Below, in pieces: positions 9,273 to 16,448 of a DNA stretch of 64,000 bases. This stretch comes from Acidimicrobiaceae bacterium (GTDB lineage Bacteria > Actinomycetota > Acidimicrobiia > Acidimicrobiales > Bog-793). A program made the translations under genes and the position numbers. A model generated the notes under the pieces. It had not been told where the DNA came from, searched no databases, and was given only the letters and a program-made list of their open reading frames with translations. Position 1 is the stretch's first letter. Each line of letters begins with the position of its first letter. The DNA lies in contig PLPK01000054.1 of assembly GCA_003159795.1 (NCBI GenBank), positions 1,519 through 65,518 on the forward strand, read 5' to 3'.

Positions 9273-9695
9273 CTGCGTGATCGTGAAGTCGCAGGTCTCG
9301 TAGCTGAGCTTCCCCCGTTTTGTCCCTATACCTGTCTGAAAGGCAACGTTCAGCGTCTCATATCCGACAGGTCGGAATCACCGCGAGATACTGCCACCTC
9401 GCGCCAGGCCTCTAACCAGCACAGTTATCGGTTTTCTTCTTGGTCACCCTCCGGTGCCAACAAAATGTCGGCGAGACTTCTTCGCGGGACGTCGTCGATC
9501 ACCGCGGGTACGATTTTCGGAATTGGAGAAACGCCGCGCGTCTGCGTTCGGGGTCTCGGTCGTGTCCTTGTGGCTGAGCCGTGCCGACACGGTCCCGGTT
9601 CATCGGCGACTTCGCCGGTCACCCACCGAGGGGTGTCGACCCGCCTGGCGAAGGTTCAGGCCCGGCCCGCCGGCCAGTTCGGCACGTCCAGTGAC

Positions 9696-11378
9696 TCAGT
9701 AGCAGACGCCGGCCGTGGTGGAGGGATATGCCCACCCGTTGTACTGGAAGTTCGTAGTCGAGAGCGAGGCGTGGTCCTTGGTCAGGCTCCAACCAGCCAC
9801 GGGCGTCCCTTTGGCCCATTGCGTGTACGTCGGGGCCCGCCCGAGTCTGCCGCTCTGCATGACCGTGCTGAGGACGCCCCCGAGCTTGGCCGAACCCTTC
9901 CATTGCCCGGGCGAGAGCACCCAGGTGTGCTCGCCACCGACGACGTCGCCGTTGCTCTCGACGGTGGGCGGCAGGGAGTCGTCGTACACGAAGACCGCGG
10001 GGCCACCTGACGTCGCATTGACCAGCGAGAAGGCCAGTCCGCCGAGCTCACCCCCCGAACCGCTCAGCTCCGCGAGGACTTGGGCGATGCTCGCGGCGTT
10101 GTCGACCATCGTCGCCAGCGCCTTGCCCGCTTCGCTCGACGCTCTGGCGCCCTTGAGGGCCGAGAGCGCCGCAAAGAACCCCTCGTAGCGGACGTTCCCT
10201 GGCGCCTTGACATCCAGCGTCTGGTAGTCCGTGGCGGTCGTCAGCTCGCCGGTCCACGCGTTCGTCGCCACCGCCCGCAGCTCCCATGAGCCGGGGACGG
10301 TGCCGACCGTCAGCGTGAAGTCGTAGGTGCCGTTCTGGTCCGTCGCGACGTCGATCGACCTGCCGCTGGGCGTCGACAACAAGCCGGTCGGCCACACCCT
10401 CACTCCCGAATTGCAGACTGCGACCCGCGGGCCCGTGGTGACTGCGGCCTGATACCCCATGCTCGGCTGTGGCTCCAGGAGGACGTGCGCATCGGGAACG
10501 GCTTTGCCGAACTCGGTCACGGTCAGCGTTCCCCCCACGACCGTCGTGCCGTCGGCGGGCACCGAAGACCGCGTCAGGATCAGCTTCACCTTCATGCCCG
10601 TGTCGAGCGTGAAGTCTGCCCGCGCGTCCCCGCCGTCCGGCAGCGGCACGCTGGCGCTGCCAGGCTTGTACTTGGCGTCACCCGCGCCCTTCGGCACCCC
10701 AGAGGGGACGACCTTGTAGTCGCCAGCCTTCACATCGAACGTGTAGAAGCCGGTGCCGGCCTGCACCGCAGTCGTGCCGCCCGAGGGGCCGGTCACAGTC
10801 ACCGACGCCCCCGGCACACCCTGGTGGTTCTCGTCTTGCACGTAGCCGCTGATCGTGCCGCCCGGCTTTTCCGAGTTCCACAGCAAGAAGATCAAGGGCG
10901 CTTCGTTGTTCTGGCGGTTGATGACGCCCGCCCAACTTGACCCCCGGGGCCCGACCTTCACATCGCAGCTCGTGGTGTTGGCCCCGCAGCCGGAAACCAC
11001 GTCGCCGCCCATGACCGTCCAGTCCAGGTGGTTGTAGACGCAGGCCTGGTCACCGCAGGCCACCGAGGTCGAGGTTTGCAGGGGTGCCGGGCCGACGAGG
11101 TGGAACACGCCCTTCTTGTCGGGGTGCATGAACAGTTCGACCGTGCCGCCTCCGGGGATATTCATGTCCTCCGAGCCGGTGTACCAGTACTTCGGTACTG
11201 GCGGGGGCTTCGGGGTCGTGTCCCGGGGGAAGGGCGCCGCGGCGGCACCTCCCATCACGACTGACGGGACGCTCAGCCCCATCCCGAGAGCGACAGCGAC
11301 GGCCAAAAGGCCGCACCTCCAGCGGGCGCTGGCTCTTGCCGTACTCGATCCGAAAGAACCTCGTCGAGCAGCAATCAT
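9696..11378 (-). CDS. large secreted protein with a carboxypeptidase-regulatory-like (CarboxypepD_reg / Ig-like) domain
   Basis: Signal peptide 'RWRCGLLAVAVALGMGLSVPSVVMGGAAA' after the Met at 11378. 'ISGYVQDENHQGVPGASVTVTGPSGGTTAVQAGTGFYTFDVKAGDYKVV' matches the CarboxypepD_reg pattern. Confidence 0.6.
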   Translation of the reverse strand: MIAARRGSFGSSTARASARWRCGLLAVAVALGMGLSVPSVVMGGAAAAPFPRDTTPKPPPVPKYWYTGSEDMNIPGGGTVELFMHPDKKGVFHLVGPAPLQTSTSVACGDQACVYNHLDWTVMGGDVVSGCGANTTSCDVKVGPRGSSWAGVINRQNNEAPLIFLLWNSEKPGGTISGYVQDENHQGVPGASVTVTGPSGGTTAVQAGTGFYTFDVKAGDYKVVPSGVPKGAGDAKYKPGSASVPLPDGGDARADFTLDTGMKVKLILTRSSVPADGTTVVGGTLTVTEFGKAVPDAHVLLEPQPSMGYQAAVTTGPRVAVCNSGVRVWPTGLLSTPSGRSIDVATDQNGTYDFTLTVGTVPGSWELRAVATNAWTGELTTATDYQTLDVKAPGNVRYEGFFAALSALKGARASSEAGKALATMVDNAASIAQVLAELSGSGGELGGLAFSLVNATSGGPAVFVYDDSLPPTVESNGDVVGGEHTWVLSPGQWKGSAKLGGVLSTVMQSGRLGRAPTYTQWAKGTPVAGWSLTKDHASLSTTNFQYNGWAYPSTTAGVCY

Positions 11379-11695
11379 GGAGGCCTCCCTTACGAAGTGC
11401 CCACGGGGCAACCGGCGACCGCGCAACCGCGGTGATCCAGGAACAGAACCAAGCTACCAACGCTCGCCGAGCCTTGACCAGGACTTTTTCCCTCTGTCAT
11501 GGGGCCCGTTCCACGCTGGCCGAACCTAACATCGGGGGCGAACACATGTCGTCCGAAACCCGTCATCTCAGCTTCGCCTTTGACACCCGAGGGTGCGCTG
11601 ACGACGTCCGGGCAGACGGCGAACCGGGACCGGGCTGGCGGCAACCTCGCGGTCCGCGTCCACCTCTCAGGCAGGGCACAGAGAAGGGAGAGGCC

Positions 11696-12382
11696 GTGAG
11701 ACGACCTCGGAAAACGACGGCTGTGATTGCCGGGTGTGCGGCGGTCTTGCTCGGAACGGGATTGTGGGCTCCTCCCGCGCTCGGCGCGGCGTCGCGGGCG
11801 AGCTCCCCGGCGATCCCGCCCGGTGTGTACTCCGGGACCGTCCGGATGTCAGGCGTGAACAACTGCGTCGCCAAGCGTTGCCTGGAGACTCTCACCGGAA
11901 CCTGGTCTGTCACGGTCAGCGGAGCCGACCAGGTGCGCGGCTCCGAGACCATGGACGACACCATCCCCTTCACCCCGGGGACGGGCTGCTCCGTCTCACC
12001 TCCCTCGTGGACGCTGAGATTCAACGCGGTCCTTGGGAAGCTCGGTGCCACGCAGGTCGGTGCGGGAGCGCCAGGACTCGTCCACGGATCCGAGGTGATC
12101 GTCGCCGTGAACTCCTCGTACAATAAGTGGACAGGCTGGACCGGCTCGCCCGCCGAGTACACGAGGACGTGCGGTTCGCACTCTTCCGCGTGGCCCATCG
12201 ACCAGCAATACGGGTGGCCCAGCGAGGACACCGGCTGGACGTCGGCCTACGCGGCGCGGCTGCCGATCGCGTTGTTCCGGACGAGCGGGCACCCTTACAC
12301 GGTCCCGATCAAGGGCGGCAGTCCGTACCACCCCGACACCTTCGAGCAGGTGTACACGCTGACCTCGATCCACCTCTCCTGA
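11696..12382 (+). CDS. secreted hypothetical protein
   Basis: GTG at 11696 preceded by 'GAGAAGGGAGAGG'. Signal peptide 'KTTAVIAGCAAVLLGTGLWAPPALGAAS'. Divergent from the 9696-11378 gene. Confidence 0.5.
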   Translation: MRRPRKTTAVIAGCAAVLLGTGLWAPPALGAASRASSPAIPPGVYSGTVRMSGVNNCVAKRCLETLTGTWSVTVSGADQVRGSETMDDTIPFTPGTGCSVSPPSWTLRFNAVLGKLGATQVGAGAPGLVHGSEVIVAVNSSYNKWTGWTGSPAEYTRTCGSHSSAWPIDQQYGWPSEDTGWTSAYAARLPIALFRTSGHPYTVPIKGGSPYHPDTFEQVYTLTSIHLS

Positions 12383-12438
12383 GGCCAGCCGTCGTTACCG
12401 CGGCGGCCCTGGGTCCCGCCCCGTCTCATGGGCGGGCC

Positions 12439-13932
12439 TCAGCTGGCTTTTCCGACCCGGCCCGACGCGGGACGAGCGCCTCCGGACGACCTGCGACCGG
12501 GCATGCCACCGGGCAACCTGCCGCGGCCACCGCTCGGCGGTGCGCCGCCGGGAATGCCGCCGGGGCCGCCGCCCCGACCGCCACCGGGCAGTCGGCCGCC
12601 TGGACCGCCGGGGCCGCCGCCCGGGAACCCGCCGACGGGGCCGAGACTGGATGACGCCATCTGCTGGTAGATGTAGCCGCCCGAGGTGACGAGCGCGGCC
12701 ACGATGCCGAGCGCGAACCATCCGGGGATGCGCGTCAGCAGCCACGAGCCGAGCAGCGCCATGAGGCCAAGTGCGGGCACGTAGAAGCGCACGACGTGGA
12801 CGTCCGAGTCGATGCCGCCGGCGCCCATGTTCACCGTCCAGGTGTAGGCCGCGTACAGGCCCCAGATCGCGAGCCAGCCCGCCAGGAGCGACCCCGCGAC
12901 GCAGGCGTCCCGACGGCACAGCGACTGTTCGCCCGTCTCGGCGCGCCGCGCCGTGACGAGCCGGGCGGCGATCCAGATCACCGCGCCGACTGCGACTAGC
13001 GCGAGCGGCATCGTGCGGAGAAGATGCGTCGGCATGTTCTCGAGGTTCGGCACCACCGCCGAGGTGGAGAAGGTGATCTCGCCCGACGAGTACCCCGTCG
13101 CCGTCGCGCCACCGTAGACGAGCGCGTCGAAGACGAGAGCAAGTCCCCCGAAGACAACGACCGACGACAACCACCACGCGACGTTCCGCCAGCGCAGCCG
13201 GGCGGACCGGGCGAAGACGTACACCGCTGCGACGGCGACGGCGAGCTCGACGACGTCCGTGTAGCGGATGAACGTCGCCCCCTCGAGGGCGAGGAAACCC
13301 ATCAGGCCGACTACGGTGCGCCGGCGGGACGACGCCTCCACGGCGAGCAGGGTCCAGAGCAGCGCGCCCGCGCCCGCCGCGATGAGCGAGGCGTCGGTGA
13401 AGGTCGGCATCGTCGCGCGCCAGGCGAAGACCATTGCCGCCCCCGCCGAGCAGTAGAGAACGACCGCGCAGAGCCCGCCCCGGCGGCCCAGCCAGCGCCG
13501 GGCACCGGCGTAGAGCGCGGCGCTCCCGATCGCGCCGTAGAAGAGGGGCGTCACCCGCACGATCCGGAGCCACTGGAACACGACGGCGAAGAACGGGTAT
13601 CCCGGGTTCTTCTCGCTGATCCAGTGTCCGTTGGCGAGGTGGACCCACTGTTGGATGCCGCCGGAGAGGTTCTTGGCCAAGGCGATGTACTGAACATTGG
13701 TGAGCCAGAAGTGGCCCTGGCTCAACGCGATGATCGATGCTCGGTAGGCGTAGTCGTCCGGCTCGAGCATCTTCGCCACCGGGACGAGCGCGCAGAGGGC
13801 GAACACGACGTACACGGCCGCGGCCCCAAGGCCCTCACCGTGCGCGCGGACGATCGACATCACCTGCGAGAAGCGGGGCGGCGAGCCGGCGGGAGCACGA
13901 GATTCGACTACGGGCAGGGCGGATGTGGTCAC
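12439..13932 (-). CDS. polytopic membrane protein, GT-C fold (ArnT/PMT family 39-like) glycosyltransferase candidate with a Gly/Pro/Arg-rich C-terminal tail
   Basis: About 10 or more hydrophobic segments. Acidic first-loop motif 'EPDDYAY', as in GT-C enzymes. Tail 'GGFPGGGPGGPGGRLPGGGRGGGPGGIPGG...'. Confidence 0.5.
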   Translation of the reverse strand: MTTSALPVVESRAPAGSPPRFSQVMSIVRAHGEGLGAAAVYVVFALCALVPVAKMLEPDDYAYRASIIALSQGHFWLTNVQYIALAKNLSGGIQQWVHLANGHWISEKNPGYPFFAVVFQWLRIVRVTPLFYGAIGSAALYAGARRWLGRRGGLCAVVLYCSAGAAMVFAWRATMPTFTDASLIAAGAGALLWTLLAVEASSRRRTVVGLMGFLALEGATFIRYTDVVELAVAVAAVYVFARSARLRWRNVAWWLSSVVVFGGLALVFDALVYGGATATGYSSGEITFSTSAVVPNLENMPTHLLRTMPLALVAVGAVIWIAARLVTARRAETGEQSLCRRDACVAGSLLAGWLAIWGLYAAYTWTVNMGAGGIDSDVHVVRFYVPALGLMALLGSWLLTRIPGWFALGIVAALVTSGGYIYQQMASSSLGPVGGFPGGGPGGPGGRLPGGGRGGGPGGIPGGAPPSGGRGRLPGGMPGRRSSGGARPASGRVGKAS

Positions 13933-14296
13933 GGCGTTAACGGCACCGTCATCATGCTCACAGTCGTATGCCGCGGATCTGAGACCTCGTCGTGAGCCCG
14001 CTGTGACACTGGTACGAAGATTGCGGGCCCGCCGGCGACGACCCCCACAAGCCGACCGACTGCCCTTTCGCGGGACCGAGCGGAAAATAGCAGGTCACAA
14101 ACTCGTCTTGCGCACCATCGGTCCTCCGCCGCCCAACCCGCCACCCCGGCGGCCCCCGACGAACGGCACGGATGCGGCGGCGCACGAGAATCGCCAAGGG
14201 GAACTGGTCGCAGTTCTCGGTGGATGGTGACGTTGTGCCCTGGTGCGCAGCGTGTTCGCGAAGAAAGCTTGCGGCAGCGATCCCGAAAGGACCTCC

Positions 14297-15556
14297 ATGC
14301 CTCTGCAAGTGGCAACACTCGATGCGGTCGAAATCCTCGACTCCCGCGCCCGGCCGACGCTCGCGGTGACCGTGACGCTCGTCGACGGCACGAGCGCCCG
14401 CGCCGGGGTCCCCTCGGGTGCCTCAACGGGATCGCGTGAGGCCCACGAGCTGCGCGACGGAGACCCCAGCCGCTTCTCGGGCCAGGGCGTCCGCACCGCG
14501 GTCGCCAACGTGAAGGGCGAGATCGCCAAGCTGCTCGTCGGGCGATCCTTCGCCGACCTCGCGGAGCTCGACCGAGCGGTCATCGACCTCGACGGGACCG
14601 AGACGAAGTCCCGACTGGGCGCTAACGCCATCGTCGGCGTGTCGATGGCGGTGGCCCGGGCCGGTGCGCAGGCCGCCGGGGAACCCCTCTGGCGTGGGCT
14701 CGGGCCCGAGGGTGTCGCGCCCCGCCTCCCCGTTCCCCACTTCAACGTCGTGAACGGCGGCGTGCACGCGGCGAACAACCTCGACTTCCAGGAGTTCATG
14801 ATCGCGCCCATCGGTGCGCCCACCCTCACCGAGGCGGTGCGCGCCGGCGCCGAGATCTACGCCGCCCTCCGGCGCCTGCTCGCCGACAAGGGGTTCGCGA
14901 CGGGACTTGGCGACGAGGGAGGCTTCGCGCCGGAGATCGACCGGCCCGAGGACGTCCTCGGCGTACTCGTCGCCGCGATCACGGGGGCCGGCTACACGCC
15001 CGGCCGCGAGGGCGTCGCCATTGCCCTCGACCCCGCCGCCAGCGAGTTCTACCGCGACGGCCGCTACCACGTCGCCGGAGAAGCGCTCTCGAGTGACGAG
15101 ATGATCAACCGCTACGAGGGGATCATCACGGACTTCCCCGTCTGGAGTATTGAGGACGGGCTCGCCGAGGGGGACTGGGACGGCTGGGGGCGGTTGACGA
15201 CCCGTCTCGGCGAGCGCGTCCAGATCGTCGGCGACGACCTACTCGTGACGAACCCGACAATTATCGCCGAGGCGATCTCGGCAGGGGCGGCGAACGCGGC
15301 GCTCATCAAGCTCAACCAGATCGGCTCGGTCACCGAGACGCTCGAGGCGATGCGGCTCTGCCGCGAGGCGGGCTGGTCACAGATGGTCTCACACCGTTCG
15401 GGCGAGACCGAGGACAGCTTCATCGCCGACCTCGCCGTCGGCACCGGTTGCGGTCAGATCAAGACCGGCGCGCCCGCCAGGGGCGAGCGCGTCGCCAAGT
15501 ACAACCGGTTGATCGAGATCGAGGCCGGTGAGGCGCTCCCCTACGGACTTGCTTAG
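14297..15556 (+). CDS. eno: enolase (phosphopyruvate hydratase)
   Basis: 'AVEILDSRARPTLAVTVTL', 'GVPSGASTGSREAHELRDGD', 'IKLNQIGSVTET', 'SHRSGETEDSFIADLAV'. Confidence 0.93.
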   Translation: MPLQVATLDAVEILDSRARPTLAVTVTLVDGTSARAGVPSGASTGSREAHELRDGDPSRFSGQGVRTAVANVKGEIAKLLVGRSFADLAELDRAVIDLDGTETKSRLGANAIVGVSMAVARAGAQAAGEPLWRGLGPEGVAPRLPVPHFNVVNGGVHAANNLDFQEFMIAPIGAPTLTEAVRAGAEIYAALRRLLADKGFATGLGDEGGFAPEIDRPEDVLGVLVAAITGAGYTPGREGVAIALDPAASEFYRDGRYHVAGEALSSDEMINRYEGIITDFPVWSIEDGLAEGDWDGWGRLTTRLGERVQIVGDDLLVTNPTIIAEAISAGAANAALIKLNQIGSVTETLEAMRLCREAGWSQMVSHRSGETEDSFIADLAVGTGCGQIKTGAPARGERVAKYNRLIEIEAGEALPYGLA

Positions 15557-15560
15557 CGAC

Positions 15561-16448
15561 GTGTCCCGCTTCCGGACCGCCCGTCTCGACACCGAGGCGG
15601 CCGGCCGCTACGTCCTCAGTCGCCGCACCCCCCTCGGCGGCTACTCCTTCTACCGGACCCCGGAGTGGGGTGTCGAGGAACCGAACGCGCCAGACACCCT
15701 CGCCGCGCTCGAGTGCCTGCGCCTACTCGGCGTCCCGTTCCCCGAGCCCGAGCTGACGGCGGGCTGGCTGCGTGGCTTGCAGGACCAGGAGGGCGGCTAC
15801 CCCACCCTCACGATCGGCTGGGCGGCGCTGCGCGCGCTCACCCTCCTCGGCCGCGCGCCCGACCGCTCCCCCGCAGGGTGGCTGGCGGGGGCGGAGGAGG
15901 CGCTCGCGCGCTCGCACCGGGCCCGCGACTGGCAGGGCACGCTGCGCGGGGCGCTCCACGTCGCCGAGCTGCACCGGCTCGGCGTCGCGACTCCTCTCGA
16001 TGCCGGGCGCAACCCCTTCGCCGAGCTCCTCGACGAGACCCGCGACCCGCACGGGGGCTGGGCGAGACCCGGACCGGACCTCGAGACCACGGCCGTCGCC
16101 GTCTCACTCGCGGGTCCTTCGCGCCTCTCGGCCGAGGTGCGCACCATCACCTCGGAGTTCGTGCGACACTGTGAGAACCGGGTGCTCGGCATGCGGCTCC
16201 AGCCCGACTCCGGCGCGACCTTCGTTGGTGCCCTCTGGGGTGGCCTCGAAATCGCCCAGGCGCTGCAGCTCAAGCCGAGCTACCCCGACGCAGTCGGTGA
16301 TTGTCTGGGCGACCTGCAACGCGCCGACGGCGGGCTTGGGGCGCGGCACTTCGCGATCTCGACGTTGCGGGACACCTGGCGGGGACTCGACGCCGCCCGA
16401 TTGCTCGACCATTTACAGTTCGATCAGCTACAGGAGGACCAAACATGA
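15561..16448 (+). CDS. prenyltransferase/squalene-oxidase-repeat (alpha/alpha-toroid) protein, function unknown
   Basis: Repeated 'GGY..../D.T..AL..L' units ('PLGGYSFY...PDTLAALECLRLLG', 'QDQEGGYPT', 'DPHGGWAR', 'RADGGLGA'). GTG start 5 nt after the eno stop. Its stop overlaps the ppsA ATG (ATGA). Confidence 0.5.
   Translation: MSRFRTARLDTEAAGRYVLSRRTPLGGYSFYRTPEWGVEEPNAPDTLAALECLRLLGVPFPEPELTAGWLRGLQDQEGGYPTLTIGWAALRALTLLGRAPDRSPAGWLAGAEEALARSHRARDWQGTLRGALHVAELHRLGVATPLDAGRNPFAELLDETRDPHGGWARPGPDLETTAVAVSLAGPSRLSAEVRTITSEFVRHCENRVLGMRLQPDSGATFVGALWGGLEIAQALQLKPSYPDAVGDCLGDLQRADGGLGARHFAISTLRDTWRGLDAARLLDHLQFDQLQEDQT

Noticed and set aside
9425-9622. 65-aa minus-strand ORF and a 181-aa plus-strand ORF (9465-10010) in the gap after the island.
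   Set aside because: No motifs and no ribosome-binding site. The plus-strand ORF runs antisense into the 9696-11378 gene. This is probably non-coding island-boundary sequence.
12440-12660. GC-rich repetitive 'CCGCCGGG/CCGGGG' stretch.
   Set aside because: It is a codon-level consequence of the Gly/Pro-rich tail of the 12439-13932 gene. It is not an independent DNA repeat element.
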